Source of the DNA: a virus
Virus record (IMG/VR): IMGVR_UViG_3300033233_000004
Span: 1-64,000 of that record
Reading direction: 5' to 3' (one strand)
Length of the DNA stretch: 64,000 nucleotides
Both the position numbers and the translations under genes were made by a program. This document shows positions 1 to 10,029 of the stretch, piece by piece. Below the pieces are notes generated by a model. It was not told where the DNA came from, ran no database searches, and saw nothing but the letters and a program-made list of their open reading frames with translations. Numbering within the stretch: position 1 is the stretch's first letter; each line of letters begins with the position of its first letter.

Positions 1-120
1 TATCATTGGGATATGCATCTTCAAATATTTTGATTACTGCTTCTGCACAATATACCGCCCATAAGACGTTAACTATCCTTTCGTCTGGTTTAGTAGATGG
101 AAGTTGAGAGATAATGTCAG
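1..120. repeat. Direct repeat copy of 3115-3234 (continues beyond window edge)
   Basis: 118/120 nt identical to 3115-3234; differences at positions 56 and 78. Confidence 0.95.
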
Positions 121-3100
121 AAAACTTGAGAGATGAACCAAACTTCAATGCAGCAAGAGTAGACATTTCATGCAATCGTTTACGAATACGATTTTTATCT
201 TCATCGGTGGTAGCTTTATGTAATGCATCCAACAGACGATTAATTTCCTCTTCAATAAGAGTGTGTTGTTCATGAGCACTTGGTGATATGAATTGAATAT
301 CTGTTTCTGTTTGCGCTTCTTGTTCTTGCTGTTGTCGAATCAATTTATCTATTTCAGATACATCTTCTCCCATTGGTTCGCCAGAAGGACTTACTGTTTG
401 TCCTACATCGCCTTCTTGATTGGGATTTATACCTATTTCTTTCATACTATCATATTCTTGTTGTGCCCTACCAATAAACTCTATAGGATAACGGTCAATA
501 AGTTGTCGAAAAATATTTATCAAATCTTCTACTATAACAACAGATAACTGCGGAAACTTAGCGGAAAGCAAATACATGAATAGCTCCATTGCTAATTTAC
601 GAGGCTCTTCGCCTGTTTTTTGAACTTGCGTTACCAAATTCTTATTCACATTTACTTTACCATTAACTAATACTTTTACATAATTAGTCGGTACTCCTTG
701 AATAGAAGTAGCAAATTCGTCATTGATATCTTGTCGAATAGCGGCTATATTTGCTGGTTCATTGACAATTTTCCCATTTTCAATTAGATAAGCAAAAGCA
801 CTTTCAATTAATAACTGCTCTGGAATATCATTCAAATAAGGATACACTGTCTTAGCTTTATTGACGTATTGTTGAACAAAATTAGTATAGACAGATGCTG
901 TAAATCGAAGTGCACTGGTTTTCGTAGGGGTTTTCCAGTCTGATACTTTAATAACGTAATATTGCTTCGGATAATAATCTTCTGTCACACCAGTCCATAA
1001 GGAAGAACCGCCGTCTTTAATATCAAATGGTGGAGAAATAAGTTGATTGGTAAATTTCTTTGCAGCCTCATCATAGTAGGTAGTTAAATCACGGGCTGTA
1101 TTTGGAGCCTTCATATATTCAGAAGTACTTGGAATCCATATCTCATCAATACCCATATCCAAAGCACGATTAATAGTTTCCAAGATAACCATCTCAGGCC
1201 AATCTCGATAATGCTGACGAAACTTAGACAACTTACCGTAAATATGTTGAGTTGTCATACCATAATCAGTAAGCTGAATTAAACCCGATGTACCAGAAAC
1301 AGTTAACAAACGAGCATCACGAAGCTGCTTTATAGCATCTTTTAACACATTAGTCATTGCTTTGCTTACTATACCAAACAACTTTGTAGAGTCAGCTTGA
1401 TACTTATTAAACTGTTTGCCGTCAGCACCTACATATATTGGCGCATCATCATTTCTTACAAAAATAGGAACAATAACCCGCTTTGCCAGTAACGTGGTAA
1501 CTACTACTTCTCCATTAGGAATACGTTGATATTGTTTCTTTGATGTTCCCTGCCCTTTTTCAGAAGACAGAAGTACGGCAGGAATAGTACCATTCTTCAA
1601 GAACATTTTTACTACAGATTTAAAATCATTTACAGCAGCTTCATTAACATCCCAATCACTTGCTAATTCGTCCAAAGTATAATTAATTGTTGTGCTATCC
1701 TTTTGACCCCATTCGCCAAGACTGTTTGGATTAATACCATCGGGAGAATCCTTTTTCATTTCCGCCAAAACATTTAACATACGATGCGGTTCAGAATTCA
1801 ATTGCATTATACCTATTTTATTTTCTGTTTCTGTCCATGCTTTATTTGTTGGAACCGTCCATTGAGGGTCAATCACATCTCCCAAAGTATATACATTCTT
1901 TTGATATGGGTCACTTTGCAATTCTACCATTACCCAAACCTTTTTCATATTTTTTTCAGCAGATATAATATCTTTTTGTTCAACAATATGCGGTTGAATA
2001 CGAGAAGTTGCTACAGCGTTTTTCCAATGTCCAGAAGCTGGATGTAACTTATTCTTTCTCCACATATTATGAACAGTCAATGCATCAACCATTTTACGCA
2101 CATCGGGGTCTGATATACCGAATGTCGATGGTTCAAGAATCATTCCAAAAGTCTCTGGGTAGTTAAGATGCATTTCACCACGGTCACTATAATCCCCATG
2201 ATTGATAGGCGAAATACGACTTGTGTACGCAAAATAATGAAGCTTACGTTTTTCTACGCTAATCTTAGCCGACGCATCATTACTTACATCATGAATTGCC
2301 CTACTCAATTGTAAACTAATCTCTTCCAAATCATGATGAGTAAGACCATATTGAGGAACATTCAAAACACTTTGTGTATATTGATTAGTTCCATATGCAG
2401 AAATCAATCCTCGAATATCATTTGCATTTTCTGGTATAAGCTTAAGTAAAGCCTCACGAGAAATCAAATGTTGATTTTTATTAGCTTCAAGAAATGTAGA
2501 AAGTTGTTGTGCAAATGTAGATACTTGTTGTTGTGTGGGAGTATAGCCTTCTGCAAATTCTTCATAACGATCTTTTGAACGAACTTGTTCTTTTTCTTTC
2601 TCATACTGAGACACACGACCGATAAGTTTACCATTAACTTTCGGGTCTATGCCTAAGCGGGCTAATTCTCCATCCTTTACCATCTGTATTAAACCATCTT
2701 TTGTAATCCAGTCTGCTATAGGTAATTTTGGATTCAACAGATTTAATAAGTCTTGTTTACGGTCGGCAGTCTTTTCAAATCTAATATGTATTGTAGATTT
2801 CACATACATCCAAGCATCTTGTTCTGCCTTAATCTTTAATACCGATGCATCAAATGGTATACCTGCTAATCGTGCAGCATCAGCAGCAGCATGAGCAGCA
2901 TGAGCAGCAGCATGAGCAACATAAGCAGCATCAGCAGCAGAAGAAGCAGCATAAGCAGCAGCATAAGCAGCAGCATAAACAGCATAAGCAGCAGTATAAG
3001 CAGCATTAGCAGCAGTATAAGCAGCATGAGCAGCAGTATAAGCAGCATCAGCAGTTTCTTTTGTTTGCTGCTTCAACCACAGTCTCGCTGCATCAATTGC

Positions 3101-4891
3101 TGCACGAGGACGGTTATCATTGGGATATGCATCTTCAAATATTTTGATTACTGCTTCTGCACAATATACTGCCCATAAGACGTTAACTATCTTTTCGTCT
3201 GGTTTAGTAGATGGAAGTTGAGAGATAATGTCAGCAGTTGCAATAAAAGAAAGTTTGGACAGCTTCCAATGTAGTGCAGCAGTTTTGTAAACGAACTGAC
3301 GTAGTTGTTCTGCAAGAACCTTGGCAAGCTCTTTTTCAGAGGAATCCATCATTACTTCCAAATGCGATTTTTGTGGTTCTTCAATAGCTCGTTGCCATTC
3401 TTCTTTACTCTTCTTACCACTAATAGCAAAGAAGTTCAATGGGGTACCTGTATTATTTGTAAATGTTGTAGATGATTCTCCAAGTCCTACTGCATTTTCA
3501 AAGTCTGCATAGTCAAGATTACATCCACTAAAAGTAGAACCAACCAAGTTAGCTCCCGAAAAGCGAACATTCTTGCCATTAAGTGGTGAGAAATTACAGT
3601 CAATAAATACAGCATTCTCTAATTGAGCATTAGAAAAATTACAACCACTAAAATTCACATTAGAAGCTTTTATAGGCAATTGTACACCATGCAAATCCAA
3701 ACCTCGAAAATCTTTATTGGTTTTGAATATTTCTTCTACTACAATCTCTGCATGAGTTGCCTCAGAAACAAATAGATTGAATGCTTCAATTCCATCTTTT
3801 CCCTTTCTCAAAAACGAAACAACTACAGGAACCATATCTGTTACAGTATCTGTTGGCAAGAATCTACCTAATTTGATATCCCTGTTTTTCTTAATAACCT
3901 GACCTATAGCATCCACAATAGACTCAATATCTAAATTAGAAGGAAAAGCTTTCCCAACAATTTGTTTTGCCATATCGACAATAACAGAATCTGGAAGAAC
4001 ACTACCCATTGGGTGTTCTCGTAAAAGTGAAGACACAACTTCTGGCGTAGTTTTGCTGACTAACATATTTACATAAGTACGAGAGGTCTTAACGTCATCC
4101 ATGGTTGGTGCCGCCTCACCAACATGTTTAATTTCACTTGCCATATATTGAATTTCTTTTCCAATAGCGGCTTCTATAGATGTATGTGGTGGTATATTTT
4201 CTCCGCCCCACCATTTCTTAATAGTAGGTACATTTTGAGGAGAGAAGTTGTCTGCAATAATACCGCCTTTGATGTACTTACGTATATCATTAAACAATAC
4301 CTTCTTATTGTCTGGATGAGTATCCATAAATTTGTAAACATATTTATACTCAGGATGTGCTTGCTTGAAATATTGGTATGCTTCTTCAAGTTGAGCATCA
4401 GAAAGAGTTGTCATCTCTGCACGATACTTAGTATGCGCTTGACCCACAACAGACAATTGGTAACCTTCTCCTGTCTCCGTGATAATACCTCGTTTTATCA
4501 AATCTGCAAAAGCTCTACGAGCAGATGGAGTTGTAAGACGTGATATTACTATGTCTTTAAGAATATAAGGAGATTTTTTGAAAAGAGTAAAAATTTTATT
4601 GTATGTTGCAGTAGTGGGAATATCATAATTGTATGTCTCAGCTTGAGATTGAGTTGTAACATATTGAGCAATAGTTTTTCCATATCTACTTAGCGTATAA
4701 TGTTCCTGCTGTTCAATATATACAAGACCTCCTTGATACAATTGTTGAAGAAGTGATGCCACAATGTTTTCGTCCAAACCAACTGCTTCAGAGATTTCAC
4801 TTACATTTTGTGAAACATTTGAAGCATTCATTTGGAGTAGAACTTTGTACATCGGAGAGTCAGGCTGAAAAGAAATGGTAGCTGACCTCAT
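2..4891 (-). CDS. Giant multidomain protein, probably virion-associated (>1630 aa, 3' end outside window)
   Basis: Translated by hand from ATG 4891 (MRSATISFQPDSPM...), open to base 2; missing from the ORF track because no stop lies in the window. Contains an N-terminal wHTH-like segment, pentapeptide repeats (~3491-3714), two Imm5-like modules (VLWAVYCAEAVIKIFEDAYPND..), an Ala-rich tract and a VELQSD...WPEMVILETINRALDMGIDEIWIP domain. Confidence 0.85.
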   Translation of the reverse strand, partial: MRSATISFQPDSPMYKVLLQMNASNVSQNVSEISEAVGLDENIVASLLQQLYQGGLVYIEQQEHYTLSRYGKTIAQYVTTQSQAETYNYDIPTTATYNKIFTLFKKSPYILKDIVISRLTTPSARRAFADLIKRGIITETGEGYQLSVVGQAHTKYRAEMTTLSDAQLEEAYQYFKQAHPEYKYVYKFMDTHPDNKKVLFNDIRKYIKGGIIADNFSPQNVPTIKKWWGGENIPPHTSIEAAIGKEIQYMASEIKHVGEAAPTMDDVKTSRTYVNMLVSKTTPEVVSSLLREHPMGSVLPDSVIVDMAKQIVGKAFPSNLDIESIVDAIGQVIKKNRDIKLGRFLPTDTVTDMVPVVVSFLRKGKDGIEAFNLFVSEATHAEIVVEEIFKTNKDFRGLDLHGVQLPIKASNVNFSGCNFSNAQLENAVFIDCNFSPLNGKNVRFSGANLVGSTFSGCNLDYADFENAVGLGESSTTFTNNTGTPLNFFAISGKKSKEEWQRAIEEPQKSHLEVMMDSSEKELAKVLAEQLRQFVYKTAALHWKLSKLSFIATADIISQLPSTKPDEKIVNVLWAVYCAEAVIKIFEDAYPNDNRPRAAIDAARLWLKQQTKETADAAYTAAHAAYTAANAAYTAAYAVYAAAYAAAYAASSAADAAYVAHAAAHAAHAAADAARLAGIPFDASVLKIKAEQDAWMYVKSTIHIRFEKTADRKQDLLNLLNPKLPIADWITKDGLIQMVKDGELARLGIDPKVNGKLIGRVSQYEKEKEQVRSKDRYEEFAEGYTPTQQQVSTFAQQLSTFLEANKNQHLISREALLKLIPENANDIRGLISAYGTNQYTQSVLNVPQYGLTHHDLEEISLQLSRAIHDVSNDASAKISVEKRKLHYFAYTSRISPINHGDYSDRGEMHLNYPETFGMILEPSTFGISDPDVRKMVDALTVHNMWRKNKLHPASGHWKNAVATSRIQPHIVEQKDIISAEKNMKKVWVMVELQSDPYQKNVYTLGDVIDPQWTVPTNKAWTETENKIGIMQLNSEPHRMLNVLAEMKKDSPDGINPNSLGEWGQKDSTTINYTLDELASDWDVNEAAVNDFKSVVKMFLKNGTIPAVLLSSEKGQGTSKKQYQRIPNGEVVVTTLLAKRVIVPIFVRNDDAPIYVGADGKQFNKYQADSTKLFGIVSKAMTNVLKDAIKQLRDARLLTVSGTSGLIQLTDYGMTTQHIYGKLSKFRQHYRDWPEMVILETINRALDMGIDEIWIPSTSEYMKAPNTARDLTTYYDEAAKKFTNQLISPPFDIKDGGSSLWTGVTEDYYPKQYYVIKVSDWKTPTKTSALRFTASVYTNFVQQYVNKAKTVYPYLNDIPEQLLIESAFAYLIENGKIVNEPANIAAIRQDINDEFATSIQGVPTNYVKVLVNGKVNVNKNLVTQVQKTGEEPRKLAMELFMYLLSAKFPQLSVVIVEDLINIFRQLIDRYPIEFIGRAQQEYDSMKEIGINPNQEGDVGQTVSPSGEPMGEDVSEIDKLIRQQQEQEAQTETDIQFISPSAHEQHTLIEEEINRLLDALHKATTDEDKNRIRKRLHEMSTLAALKFGSSLKFSDIISQLPSTKPDERIVNVLWAVYCAEAVIKIFEDAYPND
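2874..3056 (-). repeat. Low-complexity GCT-rich tandem tract encoding AAY/AAH/AAD/AAN Ala-rich repeats
   Basis: gcagcatNa-type repeats on +; in frame within the giant ORF (ADAAYTAAHAAYTAANAAY...). Confidence 0.9.
3115..3234. repeat. Direct repeat copy of 1-120, encoding an Imm5-like module
   Basis: 118/120 identity to 1-120. Confidence 0.95.
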
Positions 4892-4926
4892 TATTCCACT
4901 AAAAGTAAGAAAAGATAAGTCCATAA

Positions 4927-5364
4927 TTATTCAAACAATTTTGATAAAATAAAATAACGAATAGCCAAATCAGTAGAAGCTGTCTTGGTCATGTGTTCTC
5001 TTTGCCATTCAATAAGTTGTAGTTGCTCTTGTACATAGTCATATACAGTCGCCTTCATAGTATAAGATGCCATCCTCATCATACGACGCAAAGTAAAAAA
5101 TGCGGAACGAGTTGGAGTAGCACACAATTCTTCGAGTTTGAAAATAAGAACACTAACTGGCACCGAAGCATAACGATTTGAGACATCACTATCATGCCCC
5201 TTTTCATTGTTTTCGTTTATCCAGTCAGTACGTTGGTCATGTCGTTTGGGATTAACGCGTCGAAGCTCTTTGTCATCATATTCTTTCTGAAAGGTTGCTT
5301 CTTCTGGTTCACGCTCGTTAGGCAATGGGTCAAAATATGTAGTATTGCTAACTATATATATCAT
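4927..5364 (-). CDS. Hypothetical protein
   Basis: 145-aa ORF co-oriented with neighbours and preceded by the conserved 28-29 nt motif. Confidence 0.7.
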   Translation of the reverse strand: MIYIVSNTTYFDPLPNEREPEEATFQKEYDDKELRRVNPKRHDQRTDWINENNEKGHDSDVSNRYASVPVSVLIFKLEELCATPTRSAFFTLRRMMRMASYTMKATVYDYVQEQLQLIEWQREHMTKTASTDLAIRYFILSKLFE

Positions 5365-5370
5365 ATAGTT

Positions 5371-5399
5371 CTATCCCAAAATAATTACAAAGTTACAAC
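5371..5399 (-). promoter_or_regulatory. Conserved upstream motif, copy 1 (candidate phage-sigma promoter)
   Basis: GTTGTAACTTTGTAATTATTTTGGGATAG on minus strand; similar to 10374-10401 and 14507-14534. Confidence 0.55.
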
Positions 5400-5413
5400 T
5401 CTTCTATATACAA

Positions 5414-5438
5414 AAAATAGCACTCAAGGTGCTATTTT
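5414..5438. terminator. Intrinsic terminator, possibly bidirectional
   Basis: aaaatagcac-tcaag-gtgctatttt perfect inverted repeat with A/T runs on both sides. Confidence 0.75.
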
Positions 5439-5464
5439 GTTATAGAGAATTAAACAAAAGTTTA

Positions 5465-5764
5465 CTACTCTTTAGCTATAGGTGTGGTACTACCAGAAAC
5501 TTTTTGAGCAGCAAAATTATCAAGTAATCGTTGAGAAAATTGCTCAAAATACTCCTGTTTGACTATAATTGGTTCTGTCAAAGGAATACTAATAGTAGGT
5601 ATAGATAAGTCTTTGTTTTCACTAACTGTTGTAAGATACACAATAGCAACTTTGTCCCCTACTTTCAGAGGCTCAAGACTTTCCGTACACCTTGATTCTA
5701 TCTTAGAAAAACCAACAAGTTCAGTTTCAAAAAACTGTTCAGAGAATGTGGATTTGTAATTCAT
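5465..5764 (-). CDS. Hypothetical protein
   Basis: 99-aa ORF in tight operon. Confidence 0.65.
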   Translation of the reverse strand: MNYKSTFSEQFFETELVGFSKIESRCTESLEPLKVGDKVAIVYLTTVSENKDLSIPTISIPLTEPIIVKQEYFEQFSQRLLDNFAAQKVSGSTTPIAKE

Positions 5765-5776
5765 AAAAATACCTTT

Positions 5777-6919
5777 TCATTTAAGTATCATTATTTTCGA
5801 TGTAATACAGCCAGTAACTGTATACAATCGTGCAAAATATGTTCCAGATGATAACGATGATAACCAAGTAACTGTATGACTGCCCATTTCCATATACTCA
5901 TCAAAGACAGTACTCATCTGTCGTCCAAGCACATCGTAAATTATAAGAGAAGCTTTTCCTGCTTTAGCAATATTAAATATAAATTCTGTAGTTGGATTGA
6001 ACGGGTTCGGATAATTTTTCAACAATTCAATCGTGACTGGCACTTCATTTTCATTCACACCTAAAATAATTTGTCTATGCAATATGATACGACTCCCGGC
6101 AGCAAATGTACCATTTGTCCACCAAAGACTTGTACCACTATCGTGCTCAACTATACCATTCCTATAGACAAAACCCCCATTGCCTACAATAGTCAGTACT
6201 GAATCTGCATCTGCATTTACTCCAAAAAGATTAGTAGTAGTAAAAGATGGAAGTAATACCCAAGACTCTCCAAAATTCTCAGTCCAAAACACTCTACCAT
6301 CTGCACCAACAGTAAAACCTTCTGCTGGACTACGCATACTAACACCGTAAGTACTTATAGCTGTATATTGAATATTCCATTCTAACCCACCGTCAATAGA
6401 TATAGCATTACCATCTATCCCTACTGCTACTACAGTTTTACCGGAAGAAGCTATACCTCGAAATGAATAAGCTGCTTGTAAAACTTTACGCCAAGAATAT
6501 CCTTTTCCTTTCCAAATACTACCAAATGAACCTGCTACTATTAAACTATCATCAACTTTAGTTATCCCTTGAAAATTCTCTCCCGAAATCTCAACTAACA
6601 TATCCCAAGATAACCCTAAATTAATACTACGCTGAATTATACCACCACCAGCAGGAGATGAACCACAAGCATAGACAGTATCTCCATTTCCAACCAAACC
6701 ATGATGAACTATTACTCCTAATGACTGCCCTACCCACGTATTTCCACCATCTGTTGTTCGAAAGCTTGCGGTACCGCCTACCAAACCTCTTTGAGCATCT
6801 ACAAAATATCCAGAAAGAAATCCATCATAAGATGATTGGTAACTTATAGTCCATTGTTGTGCTTGAACAGTTGTCAACAATAAAAAAAGAAACACCACAA
6901 CATATAAGAAATTTTTCAT
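5777..6919 (-). CDS. Secreted YCF48/BNR-type beta-propeller protein with C-terminal T9SS type A sorting domain
   Basis: Signal peptide ending VQA/Q; repeated T-D-G-G-x-T-W boxes; C-terminal NYPNPFNPTT..IYDVLGRQ..SSGTYFARL..KIMILK. Confidence 0.85.
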   Translation of the reverse strand: MKNFLYVVVFLFLLLTTVQAQQWTISYQSSYDGFLSGYFVDAQRGLVGGTASFRTTDGGNTWVGQSLGVIVHHGLVGNGDTVYACGSSPAGGGIIQRSINLGLSWDMLVEISGENFQGITKVDDSLIVAGSFGSIWKGKGYSWRKVLQAAYSFRGIASSGKTVVAVGIDGNAISIDGGLEWNIQYTAISTYGVSMRSPAEGFTVGADGRVFWTENFGESWVLLPSFTTTNLFGVNADADSVLTIVGNGGFVYRNGIVEHDSGTSLWWTNGTFAAGSRIILHRQIILGVNENEVPVTIELLKNYPNPFNPTTEFIFNIAKAGKASLIIYDVLGRQMSTVFDEYMEMGSHTVTWLSSLSSGTYFARLYTVTGCITSKIMILK

Positions 6920-6937
6920 AAGACTACCCCCGAAAGA

Positions 6938-7729
6938 TTAGAAGAGTGTGTAATATGCACCAAGTTGTATTTGGTCATACCAAGCTTGATTATTAATTGT
7001 CAATTTCTCGAAGACTTTATAGTTAATGAAGAACAACCAATCTGATGGCTTAATACCAATACCTAATGTTACCATCTCACGATTGACAGTCCCACCCACA
7101 AAAAATCTTCCACCATTAATTACAAGTGGGTCTCGCTTCATCCCATACAAGTATGGAAACGCAACACTATCCAATGTGGTATATCCTATTAACTTAACCC
7201 CTTCGGTCAATGATGTAGTACGTATATAAAACAAACCAGAAGAATCATTACGCAAAAATTCTGAACGAGCCTGAATAACATCAAAATCAATATCGAGTTG
7301 ATACACAGGCGTAGTAGAAAGAGGGGTGAGATATGTCTTAGTATAACCTCTGTATGTGGCAATAGATTTTTTGCCTTCGAAAGATGCTTTGACATACTTA
7401 CCTAAACTGTCTTCTTCAAATACAACAATAGCGGTGTCGGATACTCGAATAGAATCAACAAATAAACGATACTTAGTAGCAAGAATACGATTCTCTTTAT
7501 GAAGCTTTGTGGTATCAGAATTTAAGTTAGCGATCTTCACTGCCATAGTTTGAATAGAATCCGCAAACTTATGTAAAGAATCTTCTAAAGCAGCGTTGTT
7601 CTGTGTATAAGTAGCTGTTTGAATAGTAAGTTGATTCTGTAGATTTTCGGCTTGAATATAGAAATGCACACCTAAACCAATAGCTACAAACAATATAATA
7701 ATCAACCAGAAGCGAATATCTTTGAACAT
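6938..7729 (-). CDS. Membrane-anchored coiled-coil protein (possibly spanin-like)
   Basis: N-terminal TM helix, coiled coil, beta-rich C-terminus ending in F; near the transglycosylase. Confidence 0.5.
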   Translation of the reverse strand: MFKDIRFWLIIILFVAIGLGVHFYIQAENLQNQLTIQTATYTQNNAALEDSLHKFADSIQTMAVKIANLNSDTTKLHKENRILATKYRLFVDSIRVSDTAIVVFEEDSLGKYVKASFEGKKSIATYRGYTKTYLTPLSTTPVYQLDIDFDVIQARSEFLRNDSSGLFYIRTTSLTEGVKLIGYTTLDSVAFPYLYGMKRDPLVINGGRFFVGGTVNREMVTLGIGIKPSDWLFFINYKVFEKLTINNQAWYDQIQLGAYYTLF

Positions 7730-7736
7730 TAATACC

Positions 7737-7970
7737 TCACTTTTTTCGAGTTAAATAAACAACGTATACACCACCCGCAGAAAATGTCGGTGCACTTACT
7801 AAAAAAAATCTTGATGCAATTCGTTTTATCAAATCCCAATCTTCTTTCAAAGCTGGTATTTGTTTATTGGGCCAGTCAAGTGTAACCTCCAAATTTGGTG
7901 CTTCGCCCCATACTGTAAAACCCAATAATTCTAAAGCACTTTTAACTTTAGCTCTTATTCGAATATTCAT
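7737..7970 (-). CDS. Hypothetical protein
   Basis: 77-aa ORF, translationally coupled to the upstream gene. Confidence 0.6.
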   Translation of the reverse strand: MNIRIRAKVKSALELLGFTVWGEAPNLEVTLDWPNKQIPALKEDWDLIKRIASRFFLVSAPTFSAGGVYVVYLTRKK

Positions 7971-8737
7971 TTGTTCCCCCTAAATTCCAAAAAAATATCT
8001 TGAGTAACACGTTTTATCCATTGCTTAGATGCTGTATCACGTATCCGGGTCAACATACGTTCTTTATAATAGTCATCATAAGCTCCATAGTATTTCCGAA
8101 TGAGTTCATCAAACAATCGACTCTCTGGTAAATTTGATTTAGTATTTAGAATACTGACAATGTAATTATGAAGTATGTACGCTGCTGCCATCACATTTAC
8201 TTGCGGCTCAGTTAGTTCAAGACGAGATACAGCTATTCCTGCATTCTTCAAACTATCTGCGTGATATTCCCATACAACACCAGCTAACCCTATAGCAAAG
8301 GTAGACTTCTTATTTACATATATCTGTGAATGTCGAGCATTTGGGTCATACGAAGACTCAATGTAGATAATCGCATGAAGTAATATTGGGGGTAACTTAT
8401 ATTTTGTCGCCGCAGAATCAATGTATCGAACATACTCCCGTTGTTGTCGTTGACTTAATCCAATCTCAGTTCCAATCATCTCAATGTCAGCACTTATCAA
8501 TTGACATTCAAGATTACGGATACTTGCTTGAACAATAGCGGTAGTATCAGTATTTACAACAGACTTGATGATAGTAGGGTGTAATACTACGTGAAGAAAA
8601 AATCCACCTGCAACTGCCAAAATAAGAGAGATAATAGGAAAAATCTTTTTCATATAGTACTCCTTATGTCGATAAAACATCTGTGAACTATGTACTACTC
8701 CACATATCTCGGTGGAACTTTCTGTTTCTTTGCCCAT
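7967..8737 (-). CDS. SLT-family lytic transglycosylase with N-terminal membrane anchor (true start probably MKKIF, ~8653)
   Basis: AATKYKLPPILLHAIIYIESSYDPNA (catalytic E-S motif), GLAGV, NVMAAAYIL, YYG. Confidence 0.8.
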   Translation of the reverse strand: MGKETESSTEICGVVHSSQMFYRHKEYYMKKIFPIISLILAVAGGFFLHVVLHPTIIKSVVNTDTTAIVQASIRNLECQLISADIEMIGTEIGLSQRQQREYVRYIDSAATKYKLPPILLHAIIYIESSYDPNARHSQIYVNKKSTFAIGLAGVVWEYHADSLKNAGIAVSRLELTEPQVNVMAAAYILHNYIVSILNTKSNLPESRLFDELIRKYYGAYDDYYKERMLTRIRDTASKQWIKRVTQDIFLEFRGNK

Positions 8738-9141
8738 CCAACAGGAATGACTGCCATAGAATATGCATCACTTGTTTCCTTAAACACTTTCGTACCCAAC
8801 AAGTCTTTGTTAATTTGTACTGCAAGTTTCATCCATATTGATTCATCAAACTTGAATAACGAATTGTAATCATCCCACAATAACACTCGATGCTTTTCAA
8901 AACCTTGTACATCAGGGGTAATATCTTGTTCTAAATCAGTATCAACAGGTACTACCGTGTACATTACACCATGATAAAGGTCTGCCGTTTTTTGTCCAGA
9001 CAACTTTATATCTGTAACATCAATAGCATTTTCAATAGGTTTATTGGTTACTATCTGTTCAATTGGCTTTACAGGAACTTGCTTATCAATATCACTACTA
9101 TTCTGCAAGTCACTTTTAGTATTTTTGAAACTAATATCCAT
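8695..9141 (-). CDS. Hypothetical protein
   Basis: 148-aa coupled ORF. Confidence 0.65.
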   Translation of the reverse strand: MDISFKNTKSDLQNSSDIDKQVPVKPIEQIVTNKPIENAIDVTDIKLSGQKTADLYHGVMYTVVPVDTDLEQDITPDVQGFEKHRVLLWDDYNSLFKFDESIWMKLAVQINKDLLGTKVFKETSDAYSMAVIPVGWAKKQKVPPRYVE

Positions 9142-10025
9142 TACTTGTTACCCTTACCATTATCAACTTTTGTACGAGTAGAAATACCTTCATATACTGA
9201 AACCATCTCTTCATAATAGAACTCACCAAGACCTTGTTGTTCATTGATAATAGAAACAACTACCAATTGTGTAGGCTCTTCCAAAAAAAGAACATTCTCA
9301 AAATCATCTCTTTGTCGGTTTGTAACAACTACTTGATGCGTAATTTCCTGTTCCTTCATAACCAACGTCTGCAATGCCAAACGAACGCTGGCATCCGCCA
9401 ATTGAGTAAAAGGTTCAGACTTGAGAATCACATTCTTCTTATTACCTTCTACTAATTTCAAACCTTCACGTTGTTGTTCTCGAATAACGACTACTCCAAA
9501 TTCAGTACGGGTTCGATTAAGAATACTAATAACATCAGCACCAATAGCAAAACGTTGTCCATTTGTAACATTGGGTTTTTCTGGTATAAGAATACCCTTA
9601 CCTGAAGGTTGATTTTGTATAGGAATAGTAGGAGTTGAGAATTCAGTAGTTGTAGGACGTGCAAGAACTAACGGATTAAGGTCAGGAACCTTTTGTACTT
9701 CTGGCTTTTCAACAGAAACCCTAATATTAGTACTTGCTATGTGTGGAGTTTCAGCATGCACAATAGTTGGAGAAGATGGGCTGATTAATACGGTACCCGT
9801 ACCTTTAGTACTATCAAGTACATTACCACCCTCAACAGGACGTACTTGGTCTTCAACCTCTTTAGTAATTAATATATCAAGTATTTCTTGTTCAGATTTT
9901 TCACTGAACTGCTTTGTTGAAGTTTCAAGAGATATTGTAAACTGCTTCTCTGATTGAATCATAGAAACAGAAACTATATCCTTAAATAGGTATTGCTTTC
10001 CATCTAATATAATTGTACCTTCCAT
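9141..10025 (-). CDS. Hypothetical protein
   Basis: 294-aa ORF. Confidence 0.7.
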   Translation of the reverse strand: MEGTIILDGKQYLFKDIVSVSMIQSEKQFTISLETSTKQFSEKSEQEILDILITKEVEDQVRPVEGGNVLDSTKGTGTVLISPSSPTIVHAETPHIASTNIRVSVEKPEVQKVPDLNPLVLARPTTTEFSTPTIPIQNQPSGKGILIPEKPNVTNGQRFAIGADVISILNRTRTEFGVVVIREQQREGLKLVEGNKKNVILKSEPFTQLADASVRLALQTLVMKEQEITHQVVVTNRQRDDFENVLFLEEPTQLVVVSIINEQQGLGEFYYEEMVSVYEGISTRTKVDNGKGNK

Positions 10026-10029
10026 AGTG

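Noticed and set aside
2866-3178. Poly-Leu and poly-Ser ORFs
   Set aside because: They are alternative frames of the GCT-rich tract inside the giant ORF.
1-3234. Complete diversity-generating retroelement
   Set aside because: There is no reverse transcriptase in the window and both repeat copies are in-frame coding; kept only as a weak finding.
1-4900. Apparent non-coding gap or stop-codon recoding
   Set aside because: The region is one long standard-code ORF lacking a stop in the window. TAA, TAG and TGA all end genes normally elsewhere.
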